Source: Lama guanicoe (lineage: Eukaryota). From it: a DNA stretch of 64,000 nucleotides. Every line of letters begins with the position of its first letter. Positions within the stretch are counted from its first letter, which is position 1. Below are positions 1 to 13,284 of the stretch, in pieces. The notes beneath the pieces were generated by a model. The model did not search any database, had not been told where the DNA came from, and saw only the letters and a list, made by a program, of their open reading frames with translations. Both the position numbers and the translations under genes were made by a program. Location: positions 62,001 through 126,000 of the forward strand of contig MU054001.1 of the NCBI GenBank assembly GCA_013239625.1, in the 5' to 3' direction.

Positions 1-14
1 TTAAAATTGCTACT

Positions 15-990
15 CATTCACTTATTTATTCATTCATGCCCCACTTTGTTCAAGTGTTCTTACATATGCCTACTACGTGCCAAGCACTGTTCTAGGTTTT
101 GGGATACATTAGTGGGCAACTGACTCAAAAATCCCTGATGTGATGGCATTTACAATCAGGGGAGTCAGGGAAAAACAAGAAACATAACAAATACATTATT
201 ATGTGGTATATCAGAATGTGATCTGTGCTATGGGGTAAAAGTCAAGCAAGCTGAGGGGATGGGGAGTGCTTTGTGTGCAGAGGGTGCAGCTGCAGTTTGA
301 CCAGGGAATTTGAGAAGAGACAGTGAAACAGGTAAAGGAATGAGTCATTTGGACCTGGTATTCATTCATTCATTCATTTACCTATTGGTTAATTTATTCA
401 TTCATCAAGCAGAGGCTGATCACCTGCTATATGCCTGATCAGTGCTGGCTAGTGGCAAGAGCCTTCAAGGAGCTCTCAGTCCAGTGTGTAAAGAGTCCAT
501 CACAACCCATTGTGGTCAGGATTAGTTGTGACCACAGGGGTGTGGAAATTGAGTGTGGCTGAATTAGCAAGTAAGGGATGGGGTGGTGATCCAAGAGGGC
601 TTAATAGAAGTGACAGCACTGAAGTAAGAAAGATAGGTAGGTACACTGACCTTTCTGTTCTTTAAACATTCCAAGCTCATACCCACCCCAGGACCTTTAC
701 ACTTGCTGTTTCTGCTGCCTAAGTTGTTCAGGTCTCAGCTCAGTGGCCCTTTTCCGACCACTCAAATTGAAAGTATACCCTTGCTCTCTCTCACATCACC
801 CTATCACCCTATTTTATTCCTTTCATTACATCACTAATCCAGATTTATCTATGTGTTTATTGTATGTCTCCTCTTGGGTGGCATATAAGCTCCATGAAGG
901 CAGGGACCTTGGCTGTCCTACACACTGCTATATTCCTAACATCTGGAACACACTAGAGCATCAATTATGTAAAGCAAATGAATTAATGGT
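15..990. mobile_element. L2 fragments (both orientations)
   Basis: cattcattc..gcctactacgtgccaagcactgttctagg (antisense L2 3' end) and ataagctccatgaaggcagggacctt...aatgaatt (sense L2 3' end). Confidence 0.65.
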
Positions 991-2349
991 GGTGCATGGG
1001 GTTGTTTAGAGCATCTCCATCAGAGCGGCCAGTATGACAGATGTCGTCTGTGGAGGATGCAGAGAGAAGGGAAAGGGAAGACTAGTGGGGTGGTGGATCT
1101 GCCTGGACTTTTGGAGGCTGATGGTTGGAGGCAGAAGATCAAGGAAAGGATTGAGCAGAGGTTTCAGGAGGAAAGCCTGGAACTACACCCATCAAGGATG
1201 TTCATCTCCTCTGACCCATGCACCATTTTGACAAGCCTATGAGGAAAGCACGAATGTAATCATCTTTCCATTTTGGGGGTCAAGAAACTGTGGCTCTGAG
1301 GTCTCAGAGGTTGGAGGTGACAGAGTTGAAGTGAGAACCCGGGTCTCCCAGCTCCCAGCCCCTGTCTTCTCCACCAGCTTATGGATGGAGGCACTCAGAA
1401 TCTCTCTAGGAGTCACGTTCCCCTCCTCTCTTCTACCTCATATCCCATCCATCTGGTCCTGAGAATTCCACCTTTAAATGCCCTGCAAACTCCCACCATC
1501 CCATGGCTGCAGCATCCCCACACAGGGTCCCCACCCATCCATCACCTTTCACTGCAGCAGCCTCCTGGCTGGTCACCCCATGCCCAGTATCTTTCCAGCC
1601 ACATGATATTCACCAGCTGCCAGAGCCTTTTCTAAAACTCAAGTCTGATCACCTCACTCTCCTGCCTAAAACTCCTCTAAGAGACAACACGTCAACGTGA
1701 TTTAATTAACCCTGGATTTGAGGTAATTCAGTTTTCTCCTTTATACTTCTCTTCATCTGCCAACTTTTCTTCAATGGGCATTTGATACTTCTGCAATCAG
1801 AAAAAAATAACCCATAATTTCTTAAAATCTTCCAATCTTTCTAAGATAATATCTACATACCTTCAACAGTACAGACAAGACTCTGCCTGTCTGTTTACCC
1901 ACATCTCTTGCTATTCTAATTCTCTCCTCATTGTCCCTGAAATTCCTTTCCTATCTCCAAAATATGCTTTATTCTTCAGCAATGTGAGAGATACTCAACT
2001 ATTAGTGGTTCCTTGGAAACCTGGTGCCTTTTTACACCTCTAGATTTTTAAATAGCCTTTCCATCTTCCTCTTGTCTACCTGGAGAACTCCCATTCATCC
2101 TTAAAAACCTCAGATGTCACCTCCACTGTAAAGCCTTCCCTGATAACCACCTCCCACAACAGAGTAAACGCCTCCTTTATACTGCTTTGTATATTTGTCT
2201 AGTACTTTATCTGTGTGACTTCCCCATCAGGGATAAGGACAGTGCCTGATCTATCCTGTTACACAGCGTGCGCTCCAGAAATATGTACAAAACAGAACTA
2301 GGAGAGACCTCAATCGCTGGTTGGGTTTGGTGTCTTTGGTTGGGGTTTT

Positions 2350-2765
2350 TTAATGTTGGATCCTTCCAGAAGTAGAACCTGAAACAAAAATTTGAATTCA
2401 AGTAGTTTATTTAGGAGGCAATCCTGGAAGCACTGACAGAGGGGTGGGGAAGTAAGAACGGGAAGGAAACCAGTTGAGGGGACATTAAGGAGCAGTTATG
2501 GCTGTGGGCAGCTGGTGTTCAGTCCTGCTGGGAACCTCTTGAAGACAGCATTGATCTTGCCTCAGAGCCGTCCCCCAACCCCCCACTCCCAGGATGCTCC
2601 CAGGATGCTAATGTCCCAGCATTTCCAGCCTGCCTGGTGGGCTGAGCAAACTCCCATCAGAGTCCCAGGTACTGACAGTAGGAAGCTGGTGGGCTGGGTC
2701 TGCGTTGGCAGGAAAACTAGGTGTCAAGGGGTGTGGGTGGGGTGCTGGAAGTGTTTGCTACAGGG
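2350..2765. mobile_element. Old MaLR LTR (MLT1K-like)
   Basis: ccagaagtagaacctgaaacaaaaatttgaattcaagtagtttatttaggagg...ggaagcactg...ggggtggggaagt resembles old MLT1 subfamilies. Confidence 0.6.
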
Positions 2766-3614
2766 ATGGAGGGAAGCCCTCCCCATGCACATCACGGGTG
2801 CCAATCAGCAAATCCTGAGAGTGCCACCTTGTGGTTTCAGAGACTTCTGGAGGACAGCAGTTTGGACACTAGCCTGGGTCTGGGCTGAAGGGGAAGGTGT
2901 CTCTCTCCATCTCTGGCCCCAGACTCCCTGCCCTCAGTTCCAAGAGCCATGGGGCCATGTGGCTTCTCTCTGTGCTCTGCATCCTACCCTTCCAGGTGGC
3001 CTGAGGGCCAGGCGGTGGAGCATTATCAGAGCTAACGTGATCCCTGGGGAGGCTTGCCACTTCCACTTACCATGGCACTTGGTGACACAGGCCATGGGCA
3101 TGAGGCTGGTGCTGTCAGACCAGCTCTGGTCATCTCCCCAAGGACACCAAGACCCTGACACACAAAGGCTAGTCTGGAGGATATTTGGAATCCAGAAGAC
3201 TGGGTCCTGGAAGTGTCCGGAGGATACTATCCGAACCTGCAGCTCCATTGCCCTGATGGGGAAACTAAGGCCAGAGAGGAGGAGAGGTTCGCCCATATAT
3301 TCCTCCTTTCATCCTTCTCTCTCTCCATCCCTCCCTCGCTCCTTTTCCCCCTTCTTTCTCTTTTCCACTTATTTGTGTGTGTGTGGTGGGGGGTTATTTT
3401 TTTCTTTCTTTCTATCAGGGCCTTGGACCTCTGTCCTTGCCACGACCTGTCCTGGGTCGTCGGTCACTGGTATAGGTTACACTGCATTTACAGATAACAA
3501 AAAGTGCCCTCAATAAAAGACTCCTATGATTTGTTTCTGGGCTCTTCATTCTGCTCCATTGGTCTGTTTTCTGTGTCTAAGCAAGACCACGTTGTCATAA
3601 TGAACACTGCTTTC

Positions 3615-3905
3615 CTGATACGAGCTTTCAGTCATAAGATGAATCAGTTCTGGGGATGTAAAATACAGCATGGTGACTACAGCCAGCAACAAACACTCTA
3701 TCGTATATTTGAAATTTGCGGAGAGTAGATCTCTGTGTCACCACACACACAAAAGGTAACCATGTGGGGTGATGGATGTGTTAATTAACTTAATTATGGT
3801 AACCACAGCATAGTGTATCTGTATATCAAATTATAACATCATACACTTTAAATATACACAATTTTTTTGTACATTATACCCCAATAAAGCTGGAAAAACA
3901 AACAA
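3615..3905 (+). mobile_element. L1 3' end (L1MA9/10-like)
   Basis: ataagatgaatcagttctgggga...cagcatggtgacta...gtgatggatgtgttaatta...caataaagctggaaaaa. Confidence 0.75.
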
Positions 3906-4155
3906 CATTGCCTAATAGTAAGTATTCCTATTGGATGGGGCAAGACTCTCCAGCTCTTTTTCTCTGGAAGTGTCTTGGCAATGCTCTTCCCTACAAATTT
4001 CAGAATCAGCCTGCTGAGTTCCATGAAAAATCCTATTGGAGTTTCACCTGTGATTACATTGAATCTATAGATCAATTTGGGGAGAATTGACTTTTTTTTT
4101 TTAATGGTATTCAGTCTTCTTATCCAAGAAAACAGGACTTTTCTGTTGTGCATCT
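3906..4155 (-). mobile_element. Old L1 ORF2 fragment
   Basis: Translates to SWIRRLNT...SILPKLIYRFNVI...FFMEL..LILKF, an L1 ORF2 post-RT motif. Confidence 0.75.
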
Positions 4156-4409
4156 TTAATGTACACAGTATTTAAAATGGAGTTTTAGGAGACTTGCAGA
4201 TCCTTGCACAGACTCCATCTCCAAATCCCTAATATCACTGCCCACTAGTGTCTGTGCTCTTCTCTTTTTCCCAGTGGTGTCACCAGTACTACACATGGAC
4301 CCAAATGATTCTTTCAGCTACTTTCCCTCCCACTTCCCACATGTCTCTCTGGCCATCTGATATCTATTCCTAGAAAACTTACCAAGTTAAGCTTTCTCTG
4401 CGGACTGAA

Positions 4410-4665
4410 GAGGCAGAATGGCTAAAAGCATGAATTTAGGAGCCCTATTGCATGAATTTGAATCCTGGCTCCAGACTTACTATCTGTGAAATCTTGGCCA
4501 AGTTCCGCTACTCCTCCTGTGTCTCAGTTTCCTCATCTGTAAAATGGGTAAAATGGTGATAAGAAATAGGACTTACCCCATCCCATAGCTTGTTGAGAGG
4601 ATTAAATGAATAAATACATGTAAAGCACTTATAACAGTGGTACAGCATACATGTTACTTCTTGCT
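4410..4665 (+). mobile_element. MIR SINE
   Basis: tttgaatcctggctcc...tctcagtttcctcatctgtaaaatggg...gaggattaaatga...atgtaaagcactta core. Confidence 0.8.
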
Positions 4666-5059
4666 ATTGTTTCAAAAAGTTTAACATCTCCATGTCTGTG
4701 GGAGGCAGGGATCTTCGGAATTTTTAGCTAGGTTTATCTGACTTCAAATATAGGTTTGTACAACAACTATGAGTGTGGAATTGGAGTCTTTAAAAAGCTG
4801 GATGAGTTCAAAACCTTATTTCACCATTTACCTGCTGGCTGACTTTGGTTTCTGAGCCTCAGTTTTCCCACCTGTAAATTGGGTATAACACACCTGTTAA
4901 ATAAGACCATCAATGGGAAAGACTTGGATGAGACTCATAGGAAGGGATTCCTTTGTCAAGGCTTCGTGTTGTCAGTTGCATTCACGTCCTTGAAGGTCAT
5001 CTGTTTCTTGCTAGAGTTCTGTTGCCTCTTTTCCTCTTTTCCAGCTCCTGCTAATCTAG

Positions 5060-5236
5060 CAGATTGTTCAAAGTGCAGATTCCTGGGTCTGGCCCCAGAA
5101 ATTTAGAGTCAGTGGATCTGCAGTGGGGACCAAGAATCTGAATGTATATGGCATGTTTAATGCCTTTTAAAATATGTATATAAATAATCCCAGTATTATA
5201 TGACTCATAACCATGGTCCCAGGTTGAAAATGGCTG
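5060..5236. mobile_element. MER5-like hAT MITE
   Basis: aaagtgcagattcctgggtctggccccaga...gagtcagtggatctgcagtggggaccaagaatctg. Confidence 0.6.
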
Positions 5237-5851
5237 AAGTGATTTCCACTGGCATCGCCCCACCTAAGAGCCTTCTTTCCCTATCACTTGGGGCTTCTTC
5301 CTTTTGCTCTGGCTACACTTAGCAAAAAACACACAGCCACTTCCTGGCTGAGCTGTCTTCTCCCTGGGAAGGGTGAACGGGTGCCCTCTAGGGCACAGAA
5401 GGGAGAAAAGCCGCTTCCTGCTCATTGTCTAAGGGACCGTTGCAGAGTTACCAGGAGCAGCAGTAAGGTAACTTAGCAGAGCAGATATGTGGGATGGGCA
5501 AGGGGACGGAGGTGGGGACTGCATCCTCATCAAGCTGATCTCCATGAGGCCACAACATGGGGTTGTCCACAATGAAACCAAGGGCTGTGGGATCTGCCCC
5601 CAGTCTGGGCTGGTCCTGCTCTGCCCTTGTGCCCAGGAACCTGCATCTAATAAGCCACTTAGTGATGGCAGCACAGGCGAGACCACACACAGAGAACACC
5701 TGCCCAAAGCACATCCTTACAAAGCCTGCCTCTTCCTAGGACTGTACCCTTGACCCCCAAGATGAAAGCTGAGTGGTTCGAGGGCAGAGTCAGGGGAACT
5801 ATGGAGCAAGGCTCAGGGTAGTGATTTTCTGTCCTTCTTTATGGTAAACAC

Positions 5852-6199
5852 TGTTACCAAGTCCAAACTCTGCTCACTGCAGGACAGGCCAATAAGAGGT
5901 GTTGGAGCAAGGAATACCAGCTGTCCACGTAGGTCAGGTCATGGTGTTCCTGTAAACGTCCAACAAGGCAAATGTTATTCTCTGTTCTGTAACCTTTTTG
6001 TCTCTATACCAATGGGAAAGTGTTATACTCTTAAAGGTCAGAACCTTCAGAATGGGCTATCCTGTATATTTCAGGCTATCTACAACATACTTTTATAAAA
6101 GGTACAGAACCAGTATGACTGCTCTTAGGAAACAGAGCACAGGGTTAGCGCTAAAGGAACAGATCTAATATGGAGTCAGACTTGTTCTTCCCTAGGACA
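5852..6199 (-). mobile_element. ERV1-class solo LTR, probably internally deleted (348 bp)
   Basis: TG...CA ends with 4-bp TSD ACAC (5848-5851 / 6200-6203). Minus-strand start ...agggaagaacaagtctgactccatatt is typical of ERV1 U3. Confidence 0.7.
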
Positions 6200-9100
6200 A
6201 CACCATCACCCTCCCCTCTTAGTATCTCAGGATATCCCTGCCCCTTGGCCTCCTTTCTGTGACAGGCGGGCATAGTGGCACGCAACTTTCATACCAACTA
6301 CTTGGAGCATCATATCATGGCTCTGTGGTTTATTAGCTGTGTCCACCTGGGCTGCTCTGGGCCTCAGTTTTCTCTTCTGTACAACAGAGCTCATCATAGC
6401 ACTTCTCTCATAGGGTAGCTGTAAAGCTTAAATGCATCATTGTTGTGAAACTCTTCATGTTGGGCATGTACTAAATAGACAATAGGTATTTACTGTATAT
6501 TTGGCAGTCTTTCTAGTCATTGAGCATCTATTGGTTCTAGGTACCATGCTAAGTATTATTTCATATAATACTCACAATTATTATTCCTATTTTACAGATT
6601 AAAGAATTAATGGTGAACATGGTTAAATGCCTTGCCTAGGGTCACATGGGTAGGATGGGACAGAAGGTGGGATTTGAACAGATCTAGGCTGGCTCTAGGG
6701 TACACGCTCTTAACCACTGTTCCATCCTGGTAGCTCAGGACCAAAGCCCATAAACACACCCTGCCGGAAGTCAGACCCCAGCTCACCAGGGCACAGGAGG
6801 GGGCTTAAAGGGCTTTGTCGGGGGTGGAAGAGGCCGCCCTCCCAAGCGTGAGTGCCCAGCTCCCAGAGGCTTCTAGACTGAGCCCCCGAAACATGAGACC
6901 AAATCACACAGTGGGGATTGCTTGCCTGACAGTCTCCCAGGCACACGTAAGGCTGGGGGAGGGGGTCATGGGAGGAAGCGGGCTCTAATCATTTCACTGA
7001 TAACCCCTCCTTTTTTTCCTCCCTGTTCCCCAACCCACTTAGAAGCCAGGATGTCTAGAGCTTAGAGGGATCTCGCTGCCTCTTTCTGAAATAGGGCGAC
7101 ACAGTGGGTTATTAGATGCTGACAGTTTAGGGTCACACAGGCATTGCTTTATGTGACTTTGAGTCATAGAAAAAGAAAGTCCAACCCCCAGCCATGTCCT
7201 TTTAACCCTGACTATTGAAGGAGTGCCTCACTCACTCACTGATCCCCATTTCAACAGAGGGAAGCCAGGCTCGGGGTCAGAGCCTTCTAGCCCAGTGTCA
7301 AAAAGTACAATTGAATAACAGTGTTTTCTTCTCCTTGCATATTTATTGTTAAGCTTACCATCTATTTATAGCATGTGGTAGTGGTTTTTGATTTCTGATA
7401 GTGATATAAAGTTTCTATCATTATTTATTAGTCTAACTTAATGATTTTAAACTTATCTCAGGCTTACATAATAATATAGACAATTTTATAAGAAACAACT
7501 AGCTAGCTTAAGAAACAAAAACGTTAGAAATATGGTTGAAATCCCTGTGTATCTCTCCCCAGTTATATTCCTCTCCCTCCCACCTCCCCTGACCGGACAG
7601 CATCTTTACATAATGTTGATTATTGCCAAGCACTTATCTATGCTTTCACTAGATGGATGACATGTAGAGGGAGAGACGGATAGATGGAAGGATAAAGACA
7701 GAGACAGACATAGGGATAAATAACTAGAATTACATGTGTGTGTTCCTAAAATCATCTTATATATAAGCATGTGTGTCTGAGGCTTAACACACAAGGAAAA
7801 AGTACAGAAAACTGTAATAATTTTAAGTGCACTTTTTACATAGTAAATACACCCATATTTACACAACTCAGGCTATCAAAAAAGTGATCAGAACCCCAGC
7901 ATTTCCCCTTGTTCCCGTCTCCCAGCCAACATCTCCTCCCTGCTCCTGAGGTAACACTATCTTGCCCTCTAAGGGCATAGATTAGTTTTGTCTGTCTAAA
8001 CAATAGAAAGCATTGTCTTGCACATGTTTAAAGTTTATACAAATGGCATCGCTCTGCATGAATCTTTCTGCAAATGTTCTTGAGATTTTTCCATGTTGAT
8101 ACTTGAGCTTCCTTTTGAAAACAAATGTATTTAGTTGAGAAGAGTGAGTTGATTTAAAGGAAACCATCAAGTGCACACTAGGACAAGTTGGACACGGACT
8201 GCCAGAGAAACCCCACTGCCGTCCCCCTTTAGAGATGTGAAAACTGAGGCCCCAGAGAGTAGGAGCTGTACCTCTGGGTCACTTTGCAAATTCCTGGCAC
8301 AGCTGGGACGAGGGCCTCAGCCCGAAATGGCCAAGGCCAGAGATCTTTTCTACTATGTCATGTTGGCAAGAAATGTCTCTCTCCACCCCACCCACAGCAA
8401 CAGATGTCAATGCTATTTCCTAGCCAGGGTTAGTTCTTAACCTTGAACCACACAAAGTAAACTGTTTTTGTGAGTCGATTGTTTTAGAATTAAGCCCGGG
8501 AGTGGGGCGGTGTGGTGCTGAGGGGAACAAGACAGCGGTCCAGCCTTCAAAGTTATGACAAGCCTTCCACTTGGCAGCCCACCTCGGTGACCTATATTTT
8601 AATATGGGCTATTAGATTATTGCTAATGAGACATCTTAGGGATAAAAGAATTATGCTCGCTGCCGGGCTGTGGTAAAAGTACAATTGAATTAAGGGCTGA
8701 AATCGTTTAGGACTCTGCTAGACAACCTGTCCCCCAGGCTGGGCCTGAATGGAGATATTAAGCTTTGGAAATTACACGGGGAAAATAAGTATAATTGATC
8801 TAAGGGAACTTCACTCGTCTAAATTAAATAATGTGATTGTTACAGGCAGAAAGGATCGGGAGGAGGAGCCGGACAGAAAAGGCTGGCTATCTGCAAATAA
8901 AGTTAAAAGTCAAAGCCTTGGGGAATTGACTTTCCCCTAATGAGCCGAGTACCCTCCTGTTGGCTCTGAGAGTAATCTTGGGCACCGGTGGGAAATGCAC
9001 CTAGTCTGAGCATCGCAGAATCTGTGATGTGGCAGGGACCCCCGACCTTCCCCTTCACCTTCCCCGATCTGGTACCTGAGCACTTCTGGCTCCCAGTGTG

Positions 9101-11919
9101 GGCACTCATGCCCACTGCAGCGCCCCCAGGCAGGCTGTCCAGCATCTGTACTCTTGGTTAGAAGAGATTTCCCTGCTGGTGGCCAGTTAGAAGCTTTAGT
9201 GTAGCACGGGTCCACTCACATAAGTCCTGCCCGTTGGAACGCCAAAGGTCCGTGCAATGCCACTTCCCCGGAACAAGATCCCACCCTCTCCTGAGCCACC
9301 CTCCATCGCTGCTCAGTTGTGTGCGCAGGGCCCACCTGAGGCCAGGTCTTGAGTGGACAGACTGCATTTACACAACTGTGAAGCCCAGGCCCTGTCTCTA
9401 AGGAACTCACGGGCTGAAGGAGGGAAGTTATGTTCCTCGCTCTGACCTAAATGTTTGCATTCCACCAGCTCTGTCATTGATTCTAGGTTATATGGGGGCA
9501 AGGCTAGTCCTAATGCTGTTTATACAATGGCAGATGCCTCCAGCCCCAGCCAGCCAGGCAGGGCAGGTCCTGCCCATCAGTGAGGGTGGAGACATCTCAC
9601 CTCCTCCATCTACCCCATCCATCTAAGCGCCCCACCGGCAGCCCCCTTCACCTCCCAGCTCCTGTCTATCATACCCCTAGGCCACATAGCTGGTTATTTG
9701 GAAGGTGAGACTGGAGTCGTCTCCCCATCCCTAAATATTGCTGCTTCTAATGCCTTAAAGCCCAGAGTTAATCCTGTTGTTTTAACTATTACCCTCTTCA
9801 GGCTAAAAACCAACTAGAATATGTAGGCACAAGTGACTTCCTCCCTTTATCCCTTCTCTTTTTCTTCTCTCTCCCTCTCTCCCTCCCCCACCCCGTTTCC
9901 TTCTTTCCCACAAGTGTTTCCTGAGCAACTATTACGTATCAGGAACAGTTCTATGAGCCAGACTGTAATAGTAAAGACAGATGAGGTCTCTGCGTAAACT
10001 CAAGCAGGGAGAAGTCTAGAAACAAATAAACAGGCAAATAAATCAGCTGTCACAAGGTACTGACAAAGTCTTGCCGACGATACCAGAGCAGTGGGTTAAC
10101 TCAGAAAGCCTGGGAAGGGCCAGGAGTTGGGTGCTCAGGGAAGCCCTTTCCAAGGCCTCCCCAGTTGAGAGACCAAAAGATGAGAAGGACCCAGGTCGGC
10201 AGAGGACAGGGAGGGGTGACTCGGGCAGATAAAGCCCTGGTGTGGGCTGGAGGCAGCGGAACAGCAAGACAAGACGGGCATGACCCCCAGCTGTGAGTAA
10301 GGACAGAGGGCGGGAGAGGAAGTGAGAGGTGGGCGGTGGCCTGATTTTAAGCTGCCTCTTGGCTGCTCTAAACAGGACGGTGTTACCTCAATGCGATGAG
10401 AAAGCCATTGAGGGCTTTATACAGTGAGCAGCACTTTCAAGCTTGTATCTAAAGGGTCTGTCCAGCCCTATGTTCAGAGAGGCAGGCAGGGGTGGAGCAG
10501 AGACCTGGCAGGAGTCCTGGAGTCACCGGGAGAGAAGAGGGGGCGGTGAGGAAGGAGGGTTGAGGCAGATGGAGGAGGATGGGCAGGAGCTAATGGTGGT
10601 TGTAATGATGAGTTTAAATTGCACTCCAAAAACCTGTCTGGGGACACTTTCTGTTCCTGAAAAAAGCAAAAGAAATACTGAAAGAGTAAATGGACGTGCT
10701 GTGTCTAGTTCCTTACATGTGGGACTGCCCTGCCCAGTCCTGCTGGGAACTCATCTTCAGACCTTTCTCTGTCTTTCAAAGTGGGACAACCAGGCTGCCT
10801 GCCCCTGGACCCCACCCAGGGATGGGTCTGCTCCCTGGATGGGTCTGTGAATGGGGCAGGGCATGGAGTCTGACGGTTCTAAAGTACATCCCCAAACCTC
10901 ACCCTGTCAACAAAGAGGTGACTGTTAGTGTGTGGTTGGGAGATGTCTCTATTCCGCAAAAGCCAGCTATTGAGTTGGAGAGATGCCCATGTTAATCTCC
11001 AGAGATGATGTTTCTGAAAGCAGAAGCAGGAGCTCTAACGTTTGTGGTAGGAGCTCCTTTTTCTATTAATTGAGGAGAGAAAATGAATTGGCTCTTGCTG
11101 ACCTCCATCTTCCCTGTCACGCTTGGCACAGGCTCCACCCTTTGGGCCTCAGCTTTCCATTCTGAATAATGGGTGGAGCGATTCCCACTGTTCGCTTCTC
11201 TTCTGACCTTCTATGTCCTTACGAAGAGAGAGTGATGAAATAGTGGGTTGATGGGCACTATAACTAGGGGTGAAGGAGATTGCTTTGAGCAAATGGTGAG
11301 CCCCCTGGCTGTCTAATTGTGTCCTGCGTGGGGTGGGGCGATGCTATTGGCTAGGAAGGAATCCAATGGGAGGGGAGGGCCAGGGGCAGGATGGTCTGGC
11401 TGCTGCAAAGGACTCAACTATATAGTGTGTAATTAAATTTTCCCGACTTCCCTATTTGTTTTGGTCACCTGGGGTCTTTGCAGAGCCTTCATTTCTTTCC
11501 AACTGCCTGATTTTCTTATTCCCTTTTCTTTTTTTCCTGTTACCTTCAGACTTTGAAATTATCTCAGTGACTCAGCTAGTTGACTTCTTATTAATTCCAG
11601 GCTCCCGTGTCCTATCTGCCCATTTTCCTTCCTATTTCTCAGAAGCCTGGCTTGTACTTGAACTCTTCCTGGCAGCCACCAATTAAGGCACTATCAGCGA
11701 CTCCCTGTTCCCTTCGCCTCCAAAGTCCTGTGGTCCTGGGTCACCTTCTACTCGTCATAGTTCCTCGCTGAGAGTTCTAAGCCCCATTTCTAGAGTGGAA
11801 AGAGAATTAGAAGTTTCTGCATATTTTCTAAAACAAAACAAAACCCCAAACAAATAAAACAAGACCCCAAATAAAACAGGTCAGTTGAACATCACAACTG
11901 TGATGAATAAGATAAATCA

Positions 11920-12290
11920 CAAAACTTCTAGGAGGGAAAAGACTCCAGAGTTTGTCCAAAGCGGTGCTTCTCTCCACCATGTCGTCCCCAGACAGTGGCC
12001 ACTGAACATGTGCTTGGATGCCTCCCACGACAGAAGGCTTACTTCTTCCAAAGGGAGCCGACTCCACTTTTAGACCTCTCAGATTGTTAGGGAGCTGTCT
12101 CCCTAGAGCTTCCTCCCGCCGGCCGTGGGTTTAGCCCCTGGTTCCACGTGGAAGAAGCGAATTCCTTCCGTCTATAACAACCCCACAGATATTTGAGGAC
12201 AGGGATAACCGCTCGCTCTCCCACCTCGTCACCACTCCTACCCACCTTGGGTTTTCTCACCTCTGGGCCAAGCATCCAGCCCCCATGCCT
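11920..12290 (-). mobile_element. L3/CR1 3' fragment
   Basis: Peptide VIPVLKYLWGC resembles the CR1/L3 ORF2 C-terminal IAVFKYLKGC motif; the L3-like 3' end follows. Confidence 0.55.
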
Positions 12291-12825
12291 TTAAGTGTGT
12301 CTCAAGAGACAGATACCAAATCATAGCTCCTGGAATTGCCTTTGGAATTCAGCAGCCGCCAGGGACATCAATGCTAATTGCTTAAGAAGCCACAGGGACA
12401 CATTTCGTCCTCTCCCCAGCCCTTGACTTTCTCATGTTTCCTTGATCTTTCCAGCATGGACCCCGCCTGCATCTGGGGCCTCCACACTTAGGGGCCCAGC
12501 ATGACATGGAGTGTAACATGGAGTATAAGCTTCCTGAAGGCCAAGACGAGATCTTGTTTATCTTACACCCTGGCTGCTAATACAGTGCTGGCACCAACCA
12601 CTTTGTTGAGAGACTGGCTTGGCATTTGGGCCCGACTGGGTGTTCTGAACAGGCAGGAGGGATGGGGAGGGAGCCATGTGTTGCAGGCTCATCTGAGTGT
12701 GAATTAGCCAGCTGCCCTGAGACAATCAGGTTGCTTGTTTCTCAGGGGGAGGCCTGGGAATGCGGAGCACCGCTGCTGCAGCTTGTTCAGCACCATCTTT
12801 GGAAATAGTACATTTACCAAAAGGG

Positions 12826-13284
12826 ACTCTGAATTTCCTAGGGCTGCTGGCACAAAGTGCCACAAACTGGTGGCTTTAAACAAGTTATTGTCTCACAGTG
12901 CTGCAGGCTGGAAGTCTCAAATCGAGGTGTCAGCAGGGTCTTGCTCCCTCTGAAGGCTCTAGGAAAGAATCTCCTTGTCTTTTTCAGTATCTGATATTTG
13001 AAGGCGATCCCTGAGGTTCCTTGGCTTGGAGCTGCAAAGCTGCAATCTCTGCCTTCCACATCACATGGTTGTCTTCTCCCTGTGTGTGTCTGCGTCCATG
13101 TTTTTCTCTTTCTATAAGGACACAAGTCATATCGGATGAGCCCTCACCCTAATGACTTCATCTTAAATTAACTAATTACATCCCAAAGACCTTTTTTTTT
13201 TTTCCAAATAACTTCACATTCTGAGCACCTCAGGTTAGGACTTCAACATCTCCTCTTTAGGGGGACACAATTCAAGCCACATCA
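12826..13284 (-). mobile_element. MaLR LTR (MLT1B/C-like)
   Basis: tttcctagggctgct...cacaaactggtggctttaaac...tctcacagt...ggctggaagtc...ataaggacac...ggggacacaattcaa, characteristic of reverse-oriented MLT1. Confidence 0.8.

Noticed and set aside
2515..3516. 333-aa ORF, the longest in the track
   Set aside because: Starts at GTG inside a MaLR LTR, is Trp/Cys/Pro-rich with low-complexity CT and TG tracts, and has no recognisable domain. Best explained as a chance ORF in GC-rich DNA.
7301..8690. Exact 16-mer aaaagtacaattgaat at 7301 and 8675
   Set aside because: AT-rich, with no extended similarity and no single element between the copies that would make it a TSD; likely chance.
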